This document shows, one piece after another, positions 26,445-35,338 of a stretch of 64,000 bases of DNA. Position numbers and translations under genes: made by a program. The first letter of the stretch is position 1. The number at the start of each line of letters is the position of its first letter. The notes under the pieces are model-generated. The model was not told the origin of the DNA. It did not search any database and worked only from the letters and a program-made list of their open reading frames with translations. This stretch comes from Bacteroidota bacterium (GTDB taxonomy: Bacteria; Bacteroidota; Bacteroidia; Palsa-965): positions 4,912-68,911 of the forward strand of contig JBKDHA010000186.1 in assembly GCA_046335555.1 (NCBI GenBank), written 5' to 3'.

Positions 26445-27860
26445 TCAGGCCATCACACCATTAATAGAGGTGGCATGAACATATTCATCTTCTATATCCC
26501 CGAAAATAGCTTCGTAGTGAGTACCGCAGGTTTTCTCGTGAATGTTCGGCCGGTTAACTACAAGATTCCGCCAGCGGGCAAACTGCTTGGGGTTCTTGAG
26601 CATATCCAGAAAATCGCCGTATTTCTCGTAGTTATTGAAGAAATCACCGGCAAGCAGATAATGCACAAGCGAAAATGCAGTCTGATAACCTTCGTAGTTT
26701 GATTCGGAAGTCGAGCTCAGATTAGCCAGATTAAACGACTCGGGATCGTAAAATATATTGATGAATTTTTCGACAAGATTATAAGCCCCGTCAATGTACT
26801 TTTTCCGGTCGGCCATAGCTTGCATACCAGCATCACGGCCTTCTTTCATAAGTACATCAAGAGCTTCGGCAAACATTTTGCTGCTGTTCATACCCAGATA
26901 AACACCCGATGCAAAGATTGGATCAAGGAATTTACCGGCATCGCCAAGCATTACATAATTGCGTCCGAAAGTTTTCTCGGCGTAATAAGAGTAGTCAGAA
27001 ACAGCAATCAGCGGCTGTGCAATTTCTGCATCGGCAAGAATATCGTTGGTAAGGACACAACTCTTTACTTCTTGCAGATACAGCGCCTTTTGCCAGTCTT
27101 CATGACCTTCGGCAGTAAGTTTTGCTTTTTGTTCTTTCAGGTATTTGCGGTTAATCACAAGGCCAACGCTTACCCGGTCTTTGCCAACAGGCTGTATTCC
27201 AAACCAACCGCTTTTGTGTTGTTCGAGATACACAATTTGCAGCAGGCCAACATCAATGCCTTGTGTGTACTTAGCGCCTTTCCAGTGCGTGAGAAATGCA
27301 ATACGGTCAAGCTCCTGATACGAATGCTTGTCGCCCGTGCGGCGAGCCAGAAAAGTATCTTGACCGCTGGCATCAATCAAAAACCGGCCTTCATATTCAT
27401 GCTTTAGTCCGTCTGCTTCTGTAGTATGCACACGCACATTATCTTCGGGCAAGTCAAGTTCTACTTTTTCAACTTTGGCTTGCTCTTTAACCTCAGCCCC
27501 ATGCTTTGCGGCATTATCAAGCAGCATTTTGTCAAAGTCGGCCCGAACAACATGGAATGAAAGATAGCTTTCATCATGAATGATATTCTGAAAACACCAG
27601 GTTGAGCTGGATTTCCCATCGTGACTGGTAAAACGAGCGCCCGGCTTGCGCACGAAACGGCGTTTCATTTCGTCATACACACCAAGTTCTTTGAACAATG
27701 GATAACAAAATGGCAAAAGCGATTCGCCCACATGCTGACGAGGAAATTTTTCTTTCTCAAGCACCAGAACTGAATAGCCTTTCCAGCGCAAATAGGTTGC
27801 AGCTGATGAACCTGTCGGGCCACCGCCTATAATAATGAAGTCGTAAACAGAGGATGCCAT
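26445..27860 (-). CDS. FAD-dependent oxidoreductase, flavin-halogenase-like
   Basis: GxGxxG motif DFIIIGGGPTGSSAA. GESLLP motif. A degenerate WxWxIP-like stretch (SGWFGIQPVG). Start taken at MASSVYDF. Confidence 0.7.
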   Translation of the reverse strand: MASSVYDFIIIGGGPTGSSAATYLRWKGYSVLVLEKEKFPRQHVGESLLPFCYPLFKELGVYDEMKRRFVRKPGARFTSHDGKSSSTWCFQNIIHDESYLSFHVVRADFDKMLLDNAAKHGAEVKEQAKVEKVELDLPEDNVRVHTTEADGLKHEYEGRFLIDASGQDTFLARRTGDKHSYQELDRIAFLTHWKGAKYTQGIDVGLLQIVYLEQHKSGWFGIQPVGKDRVSVGLVINRKYLKEQKAKLTAEGHEDWQKALYLQEVKSCVLTNDILADAEIAQPLIAVSDYSYYAEKTFGRNYVMLGDAGKFLDPIFASGVYLGMNSSKMFAEALDVLMKEGRDAGMQAMADRKKYIDGAYNLVEKFINIFYDPESFNLANLSSTSESNYEGYQTAFSLVHYLLAGDFFNNYEKYGDFLDMLKNPKQFARWRNLVVNRPNIHEKTCGTHYEAIFGDIEDEYVHATSINGVMA

Positions 27861-28031
27861 TGTTTCTTTAATTTGCCTCATTAAATATACAGTAATAAGA
27901 ACAACTGCAATTCGTTTCTGCAGATTAACCTGATTTGTTGAATTGATGTTCGATTTTCAAAACCCTAAATTGAACAAATTGCTGGTTACTAAACAATAAC
28001 GGATGTCAGTATTTTACAGAAAATATTATCA

Positions 28032-28715
28032 TCAGCTCAAAGCAAATTTTCTCATCTCTGTTAATAGCTTATCTGTCATTGGCGGGATATTTCGTGCAAC
28101 ATGTCCGTCAATCCATTCTCGTATATGAATATTCGAGATTAATGCCGAAAACTGTTGTTTCAGATACGTGTTTATATTCTCGTTACTGCTTTTCATTTCC
28201 GACCAAACAGCAGCTCTGTTTTCGAGCAGGAAAACGATGTCTTCAAAGTCATGGCTTACTCTTCCGTCGCCTTTACCTCTGCTTAAAAAAGCTTCAAATT
28301 TTGCAGCAATAAAATACGGTGCTGTGAGTATGTTAATTTGATGCAGTCTGCTGATTTTCCGAGGTACTGCGTGAACAAAACCGTCGGCATACCATTTATT
28401 TTTGAACCCAATAGAAGGATCATCCGTAGGCATTACATCAACAATAATTCCGTCAATTTTGTATCGGCAGACGACCGGAGAAGTCGTATCGTTTTTGAAT
28501 CCTGCCCGTAAAAGTTTTTGATCAAATTCTGTTCGTGCTTTGTAAGTAACCAGTTCAACAATGATATCAATATCATCTGTTGGCCTAATGTCAGTAACCG
28601 GCAAGTCGGCATAAAACGGAATAGTTGATCCGCCTACAAATACTACTTCGTTGTTAAGATTTCCAAGTGCTTTTACAACAGTTTTAATTTGTTCTGTGTT
28701 TCGATTGTTGTTCAT
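28032..28715 (-). CDS. Nucleotidyltransferase-fold protein, AbiEii/DUF1814-like (candidate type IV toxin)
   Basis: Pol-beta-like motif VGGSTIPFYADLPVTDIRPTDDIDIIVEL (GGS..R.T.DIDh). 227 aa. Overlaps the upstream HTH gene by 32 nt. Confidence 0.55.
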   Translation of the reverse strand: MNNNRNTEQIKTVVKALGNLNNEVVFVGGSTIPFYADLPVTDIRPTDDIDIIVELVTYKARTEFDQKLLRAGFKNDTTSPVVCRYKIDGIIVDVMPTDDPSIGFKNKWYADGFVHAVPRKISRLHQINILTAPYFIAAKFEAFLSRGKGDGRVSHDFEDIVFLLENRAAVWSEMKSSNENINTYLKQQFSALISNIHIREWIDGHVARNIPPMTDKLLTEMRKFALS

Positions 28716-29235
28716 TTTTTTCGAGAAGTTTTTTCAATTGTCTTACGGCAATTTCCTTCTCTCTTATTTTGCCGATGCGCAGGACATCGGCAAGTGCCAA
28801 CATTTCGTAAAATTCAGGAGAACTGTGAATGGCTTTTGTTTGCTTGCTGTAAAGCGGTTCAATAAGCAACCCCATAGTTTTCCCCTCGCTGTCGGCCCAT
28901 ACATAGTTAACTTCACTCTTAATGAATTTCTTCATGTAAGGGTGAGAATGAGCTGCCGGTACTCCGCGAACAATTGTTCCGGGCATTTGGGGAAATACGT
29001 ACTTGAAGCCGTATTGCAGGAACTCCAGCAAATTCTGGCTGAATACCTGTTTTTTACTGTGATCTATCAAACCAGCGGCTCTGCTTCGGTTGAGAGATTC
29101 TGAAATTTCAGACAAACTTACGTGCAGAGAGGCGGCTAAGTCAAGCAAAGTCCAGTTTAATTCTGGCAGACTTGCAATTTTTATTAGAATGGCCACATCC
29201 TGCGGCCTCATACCATTATGCTTTCTCATACCCAA
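28684..29235 (-). CDS. Winged-HTH protein, candidate AbiEi-like antitoxin or regulator
   Basis: N-terminal HTH-like segment (PQDVAILIKIASLPELNWTLLDLAASLHVSLSEISESLNRSRAAGLI). Translationally coupled to the nucleotidyltransferase gene. Confidence 0.4.
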   Translation of the reverse strand: MGMRKHNGMRPQDVAILIKIASLPELNWTLLDLAASLHVSLSEISESLNRSRAAGLIDHSKKQVFSQNLLEFLQYGFKYVFPQMPGTIVRGVPAAHSHPYMKKFIKSEVNYVWADSEGKTMGLLIEPLYSKQTKAIHSSPEFYEMLALADVLRIGKIREKEIAVRQLKKLLEKNEQQSKHRTN

Positions 29236-29291
29236 AGATACAACTTCTCATTTCGCAAATCGCGAAACAAGAAATTTTTCCCCAAATTTTT

Positions 29292-31442
29292 TTAACTTAA
29301 TACCACATAAGCAATCCAGCTGGCCACATAAGCCAACACTCCCATAAATATGAACTGAATAATTGGCCACATCCAGCTATTGGTTTCGCGTTTTACAACT
29401 GCAATTGTGCTGATACACTGCAATGCAAACGCATAAAAAATCAATAGCGATATGCCGGTTGGAAACGAATACACCAATTCGCCTGTTACCGAATCGCGTT
29501 CTTTGCGCATTACTTCTCTAATCGGCTCCACATTTTCTTCATCTCCGGCTCCGTAAATGGTGGCCATTGTGCCTACAAAAACCTCGCGGGCGGCGAGGGA
29601 AGTAATCAGTGAAATGCCAATTTTCCAGTCGTACCCCAGCGGGCGAATAACCGGCTCAATAAACTTACCCAACTGCCCGGCATACGATGCTTCCAGCTTT
29701 TCAGATGCTGCTGCTGTTCGTGCCTCATTTAACTCATCAAGTTGCAAAACTAGTTCGGGGGCACGTCCATTCTCTGCATCCTTGATTTGCTGTGTAAGCA
29801 TTGCCTCTGTATCACGCGCCGCATCAAAATCGTTGCCCGGGCCATACGAAGCCAAAAACCAAAGCACCACCGAAACAATCAGAATTACCTTACCTGCATC
29901 AATTACAAACACACGCACTTTATCATAAATTGTATAAAGCACATTGCTCCATTTGGGCAAGCGGTAAACCGGAAGTTCCATGATAAACCAACTCCGTTCG
30001 CGGGTTTTCACGAGCAGATTCATGACCCAGGCAGCAAGCAATGCCATTACAAAACCCAGCAGATACAACCCCATTAATGTAAGCGCCTGCAAATGAAAAA
30101 TGCCGCCCACCACTTTATCGGGAATAACAAGTGCGATGAGAAGTGTGTAAACCGGAAGTCGTGCAGAACAACTCATGAGCGGTGTAACCATAATGGTTAT
30201 GATTCGCTCTTTCCAGTTGCTGATGGTGCGTGTAGTCATGATTGCAGGAACTGCACAAGCCATACCACTGATCAGCGGAATAACCGAACGCCCGTGCAAC
30301 CCGAAACGGCGCATCAGTTTATCCATAATAAAACTCACCCGCGCCATGTAGCCCGAATCTTCCAGTATTGCAATGAAGAAAAACAGCAAGGCTATTTGTG
30401 GGACAAACACCACTACTCCACTTAGTCCGGCCAGAATGCCTTCGGTAAACAAATCGGTTAGCCAGCCTGCAGGCAATATATCGCTGCACCAGCCGCGAAG
30501 TGCTGCAAAACCGTTTTCTATCCACGCCATCGGATACTCGGCGAGATAAAAAATCGACTGGAACATGATAAACAGCAACACCAAAAAAACAATGTAGCCG
30601 CCTATGCGGTGCGTGAGAATTTTATCGAGACTGCGTGTAAAAGCCGGGCGTTCGGGCTGATTCTCCGTGCAGGCTGCTATATGCTGACCAATAATGCCGT
30701 GCCGGAATAAACTCTCTTCGGCCTGCGCCGCTGATGGCGTAAAACCTGAAACTTCCAGAATCGACTGAAGCGGGCTGTTGGCGGCAACCAACAAATGTGC
30801 TTTGTGCAACGCAGCATATCCGCTGAGTCCCGGGAACTCTCTTTGCACAAGCTTAACTGCATCAGGCGCAATTTGAGAAAGATCGCAGAACGGATAAGCA
30901 GGTGCTGCAAGCGGTTCGCAAATAATAGCTTTAAGCTCGCTGATGCCAGACTTGTCGCGGGCACTAACCGGAATTACAGGAACGCCAAGTCTGTTGCTCA
31001 GTCTTTCTGCCTTAATATGCAAGCCCGATTTACCGGCCTCATCAATCATATTCAGCACCAGTACACAGGGCCGGCCGAGATCTATAACCTGCCCGGCAAG
31101 AAAAAGACTGCGCTTGAGATTGGTTGCATCAGCTACAATGAGCGTCAGCTCCGGATAATCTTCATTGGAAGCATCTGTAAGCACATTGCAGGCTACAATC
31201 TCATCCAGCGATTTCGGGTAAAGACTGTATGTGCCCGGAAGATCTACACAAGTAATTTCAAATGACTTGCCGTGAAGCTTGTGCTTAAATGAACCCAGCT
31301 TTTTATCGACGGTTACTCCCGGAAAGTTTCCGGTTTTCTGATGCAAACCGGTTAACGCATTAAAAAGTGTGGATTTCCCGCTGTTGGGGTTGCCGACCAA
31401 TGCAATACGGCGTTTTATAGTTGATGGGGCAGCGGCAGACAC
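29292..31442 (-). CDS. feoB: Ferrous iron transporter FeoB
   Basis: N-terminal G-domain (GNPNSGKST, DLPGTYS, NMID) plus a polytopic permease. 716 aa. Confidence 0.95.
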   Translation of the reverse strand: MSAAAPSTIKRRIALVGNPNSGKSTLFNALTGLHQKTGNFPGVTVDKKLGSFKHKLHGKSFEITCVDLPGTYSLYPKSLDEIVACNVLTDASNEDYPELTLIVADATNLKRSLFLAGQVIDLGRPCVLVLNMIDEAGKSGLHIKAERLSNRLGVPVIPVSARDKSGISELKAIICEPLAAPAYPFCDLSQIAPDAVKLVQREFPGLSGYAALHKAHLLVAANSPLQSILEVSGFTPSAAQAEESLFRHGIIGQHIAACTENQPERPAFTRSLDKILTHRIGGYIVFLVLLFIMFQSIFYLAEYPMAWIENGFAALRGWCSDILPAGWLTDLFTEGILAGLSGVVVFVPQIALLFFFIAILEDSGYMARVSFIMDKLMRRFGLHGRSVIPLISGMACAVPAIMTTRTISNWKERIITIMVTPLMSCSARLPVYTLLIALVIPDKVVGGIFHLQALTLMGLYLLGFVMALLAAWVMNLLVKTRERSWFIMELPVYRLPKWSNVLYTIYDKVRVFVIDAGKVILIVSVVLWFLASYGPGNDFDAARDTEAMLTQQIKDAENGRAPELVLQLDELNEARTAAASEKLEASYAGQLGKFIEPVIRPLGYDWKIGISLITSLAAREVFVGTMATIYGAGDEENVEPIREVMRKERDSVTGELVYSFPTGISLLIFYAFALQCISTIAVVKRETNSWMWPIIQFIFMGVLAYVASWIAYVVLS

Positions 31443-31445
31443 GGA

Positions 31446-31694
31446 TCAGGAAGCGGCATTGAGCCGGCGAATACAAATTGTGGCAGCCTCAGCACGGCGA
31501 AGGCTAAGCACATAACCAGAAATATTTATCGCAATTGGATCTCCCAACGGAGCAATTTTCTCAAGCATCACCTCCTCGCCGGGTGAACAACCCATTTCAA
31601 GCAGCTTCAACGACAGCAGTTTATCGGTAAAGGAATCTATTACCGCACGTTCGCCGGGAGCAAGTGTATCGAGATGATCTGAGGTTGCAGACAT
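31446..31694 (-). CDS. feoA: FeoA-family protein
   Basis: SH3-like FeoA pattern (LAPGERAVIDSF...LLEMGCSPGEEVMLEKIAPLGDPIAINISGYVLSLRRAEAA). Sits directly upstream of feoB. Start taken at MSATSDH. Confidence 0.75.
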   Translation of the reverse strand: MSATSDHLDTLAPGERAVIDSFTDKLLSLKLLEMGCSPGEEVMLEKIAPLGDPIAINISGYVLSLRRAEAATICIRRLNAAS

Positions 31695-31879
31695 AATTAC
31701 TTTACAAAAATACAATACACCTGCCGGTTGAACCTACCTAAAAGAGGGTATTTTGACTTGCCTGCAAATAATAAGCACAACTCATGTCAACACAAGCAAA
31801 CACACAATAGCCTAATTAACAGACTTTTACATTAAATAATTTAGAGCACCTGCAGAAATGATATGTCTCATTTTCCGGA

Positions 31880-32026
31880 TTAATGTTTCACTTTCTTCTT
31901 TTTAGACGAAAATGTTGGACAAGTGCCGCATTTATTTTTAGGCTTAAAAATAAAGCACCCGGAAAGAGATGTTCCTGCAATACCGGCAACAATCAAAAAC
32001 GGAATTAATCTTCTGAACAGCTTCAT
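31880..32026 (-). CDS. Possible 48-aa small membrane or lipoprotein ORF upstream of feoAB
   Basis: Minus-strand ATG 32026 to TAA 31880 translates to MKLFRRLIPFLIVAGIAGTSLSGCFIFKPKNKCGTCPTFSSKKKKVKH. It has a hydrophobic N-terminus and an LSGC lipobox-like motif. Not in the ORF track (<60 aa). Confidence 0.25.
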   Translation of the reverse strand: MKLFRRLIPFLIVAGIAGTSLSGCFIFKPKNKCGTCPTFSSKKKKVKH

Positions 32027-32139
32027 ACTACTAAGATAACGGATTGCAGTGTGCATTGCGTATATGTGTCCTGATGTTTTTTTAGCAAATATGACTTATA
32101 TCGACTGTGTTTTCAGGAACTTCAAAAAAATTCGTACAA

Positions 32140-32560
32140 GCCTGTAACAAACCGGTAACCCTAAATCGTCTTATTCATGAAACTCACCAACAACTACACA
32201 ACACTAAACAACGCTGCACCATGAAAAAGCTCGTACTCTTCTTCGCCCTTTTCCTCGCTTTCACATTCACCGCTAACGCCGGCAACGGTCACCGCGATCT
32301 GATGAAGCGCATTAACAATCAGCTTGGTTTTACAACCAAAGAAAAAGCTGAACTCGGAACAGGCGTAGCGGTTGTAACTTTCACAATCGACGGAAACGGA
32401 CAGATCAACGTGCAGAGCTGCGATGCAACCACCGATGCACAAAAAGCAGCAGTAACCGAACGCCTCAATAAATTTTATGTGTACAATGCGCCGGTAACTC
32501 CTGGCACAGTTTATATGATGAAAGTTGATTTTACGCAGAAGTAATTTTTTTGTCAGATTA
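32140..32560 (+). repeat. ~420-bp inverted duplication, copy 1 (leader plus small secreted-protein gene)
   Basis: About 95% identical to the reverse complement of 49090-49512. The 79-nt leader (ctgtaacaaaccggtaaccctaaatcg...gctgcacc) is 100% identical between copies. Within the CDS there are several synonymous substitutions and 2 amino-acid changes. Confidence 0.8.
32221..32544 (+). CDS. Small secreted protein of unknown function (paralog 1)
   Basis: Signal peptide MKKLVLFFALFLAFTFTANA. About 87-aa mature protein. A near-identical inverted paralog lies at 49103-49426. Confidence 0.6.
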   Translation: MKKLVLFFALFLAFTFTANAGNGHRDLMKRINNQLGFTTKEKAELGTGVAVVTFTIDGNGQINVQSCDATTDAQKAAVTERLNKFYVYNAPVTPGTVYMMKVDFTQK

Positions 32561-32701
32561 CATCCCCTGAAACGGTCGTTCCAAGCGGAGCGACCGTTTC
32601 TTATTTATCGGCGATATTGTTTTGAATTTGCGGAATAATTCCGACTCCTGTAAGGCTAATTATTTTGTGTGTTGTATTTTGCAAAAGCTAAAACACACCA
32701 A

Positions 32702-35105
32702 ATGATCAAACAAATCTTCATCATCGGCTGTATTCTGTATGCCACATTGGGCTTTCAGCCACTTCCTGCTCAGGAAGCCGACAAACTAAATACAGGTTAT
32801 TTCCCCGGATTCCCCGACCGCCCCGCAAGTCACAATTTTCAGCATTACTCGGGTGCTGATATGCGCGAGTTATGGAGTACCGCATCAACTGGTGAACAGC
32901 GTACAATGTCACTGTCAATGTGGAAATACATAGGTCCGGATAATGCGAATAACCTATGCGGAGCTGGTCGTGTAAACTGTGTAGCTGTTGATCCGCTCGA
33001 CAGCAATTCAATTTGGCTGGGTTCTGCAAGCGGTGGTTTGTGGAAGAGCACTAATGGCGGCCAATCATGGACTCCGACTTCTGATTTGTTTGCATCGCTG
33101 GGTGTAACCAAAGTACAGTATGATCCGCTCAACGCACAAACCATTTATCTCGCCACAGGCGATGCAAACGGTGGCGATGCCTATTCATTTGGTTTGTTAA
33201 AGAGTACAGACGGAGGTGCAACGTGGGATTCTACTGCACTTTCATTCACTCTTCAGGCCAATGAATACATCCGTGATTTTTCATTACATCCGTCACTTGC
33301 CGGAAATATTGTAGTAATTACTAACCGGTATATTTACCGCTCAATTGATGGCGGAACAACATTTACACCGTCTCTCAGCGGCGATTTTTACAGTGTGGCG
33401 CGTGACTTGCAAAATGCATCTGTATTGTATGTGACTTCATATCCTGATCAGAATTATTCCTATGCGCGCATTCGTGTGAGCACAAACAATGGTGCAAGCT
33501 GGAGCTTTTGCGATTCGGGATTGCCGGCAACTTATTTCAAAATAAAACTTGCTGTAACACAGGCTCAGTCAACATCATTGTTTGCAGCCGGTATTAAACT
33601 TGGTACCGATTCGATGAATTTAATCGAGACTCCTGATGGAGGGCAAAACTGGTTTACATCGCCTTATCATAATATCGGACAACAAACCTGGTTTAATCTG
33701 TATTTTGATGTTTCGCAGAGTCTTCCACTTCGTTTTTATTTCGGTGCAGTTTGGAGTTGGAAATCAACCGACGCTGGCTTAACATGGAATACAATGTCGC
33801 AATGGGCTCCTGTGCATTGTGATCACCACGGTATTCTGCAAACCGGCAACGGACGTTTTTTTGATTGCAATGATGGCGGAATCTGGAAAACTGCCGACGA
33901 TGGTAATACATGGACCAGTTTGAACAATAATCTGGGTGCGCTGCAATTTTACAGGATGAATGTATGCAAAACTGATACTGCAGTTATTGGCGCCGGTGCA
34001 CAAGATAATTGCTATGTGGTAAAAAGTCAGGGAACCGGAAACAACTGGCATTCTGATGTAGGGGGCGATATTATGGAAGTGCTTATTGATCCTGTTGTTT
34101 CAAATAATCATTATGTGATGGGAATTGGAGGCGCTATGGCTGCATCATCAACCGGTGGTGCAAACTGGTATGGGATACCGGCTCAGTCTAGTCCGCTGCC
34201 GGTCGGGTAATTGGATCACTCCTTTTGCTATTAATCCGCAAAATACGCGCTCATTTATTGCCGGTTTTGCCGAAGTCTGGAAGTCGTATGATGCCTGTAT
34301 GAACTGGGTGCCGATTTCGTCCAACCTGAACAACGGAAATAATCTGAGCTGCATAGCTTTTGCACCTTCCGACAGCAATGTGATTTATGCTGCCGACTAC
34401 AATCGTTTTTATGCTACTTACAATTCGGGACAAAACTGGCAAAACTATTCATCAGTGCTTCCTGCAGGAGTTCCCGTTCACCGGGTTTTTGTACATCCGC
34501 AGCAGCCAATGGAAGTATGGATTGTATGCGGCGGCTTTCAGTCGGGAAGCAAAGTGTATAAATCGGTAAACGGCGGTGTTTCGTGGACTAATCTTTCTGC
34601 CGGATTACCGAATATTCAGTTAAACTGCGGTGTGTTGACTGGAGATGGTGAGAACACTGTCTTTCTGGGTTCGGCAGCCGGCATGTATATGAAAAACGAT
34701 TCATTGGCCGGATGGACTAAGTTGCAGAATGGTTTTCCCAATGCCAATGTATCGGATCTTGAATATGTGGATGCATTCCGGACGGTATTTTGTTCCACCT
34801 ATGGACGGGGAATGTGGAAGTTTGAGTTGCCACCGGTTACCACCGGAGTATTGATGCCCGATGCCGTTACACCGGTTACTGTTTTCCCTTCTCCCGCCAG
34901 CGATTTTGTTCAGGTACATTTCACAAATGCGCTTTCGCAACCTGTGCGATTAGCTGTGTTTGATGCCTACGGAAAGCTGGTTCAAACGCAATCTCTTAGT
35001 CAGTCTGTCCGCTTAGACACTTCATTGTGGTCTTCGGGACTTTACTTTTTTCAGTTCGAAACCGGTGGCACTACATACACGAAACGTGTGGCTGTTTCAC
35101 ACTGA
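32702..35105 (+). pseudogene. BNR/sialidase-like beta-propeller glycosidase-type protein with a T9SS C-terminal domain, frame-disrupted at about 34169-34214
   Basis: Two overlapping ORFs (32669-34210 and 34125-35105) in different frames encode a single protein. BNR/propeller motifs (S.DGG.TW) run throughout. The C-terminal T9SS domain is VFPSPASDFVQVHF...GLYFFQFETGGTTYTKRVAV. The signal peptide starts at ATG 32702. A 46-nt segment (34169-34214), flanked by aactgg/aattgg, separates GGANW from ITPFAINP and shifts the frame. Confidence 0.6.
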
Positions 35106-35163
35106 TTGAGATGTGTTTTTTTTATATCTCTGAAGTAAACTGTAGAATTAAATAAAAAGTACC

Positions 35164-35232
35164 CCCTCAAAAAAAATAAATAAACCTTCAAGGTTTCTTA
35201 AACCTTGAAGGTTTATTTATTTTTTTTGAGGG
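35164..35232. terminator. Very long perfect hairpin (about 29-bp arms), a bidirectional terminator
   Basis: ccctcaaaaaaaataaataaaccttcaagg / ccttgaaggtttatttattttttttgaggg. Lies between convergent genes and is A/T-run rich on both sides. Confidence 0.6.
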
Positions 35233-35338
35233 AGGCTTTTAAACACCCCGACGATAAAAAAAGCCCTCCGCATACGAATGCGGAGGGCCGGGATGCAGCT
35301 GAGCTCAGCGTCAAAGCTCTGCTGGTCGTTTATGCTTT

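Noticed and set aside
20554-27860. Possibility that the KAS III/ACP module plus the halogenase-like gene make up a flexirubin or dialkylresorcinol cluster
   Set aside because: No DarA-like, TAL, CoA-ligase, dehydratase or reductase genes are present, and unrelated genes (AlkD-like, WG-repeat lipoprotein) separate the halogenase-like gene from the module. I kept them as separate findings.
34125-35105. 326-aa ORF read as an independent gene
   Set aside because: It is the out-of-frame continuation of the 32702-34210 BNR/T9SS gene, so I merged the two into one frame-disrupted gene.
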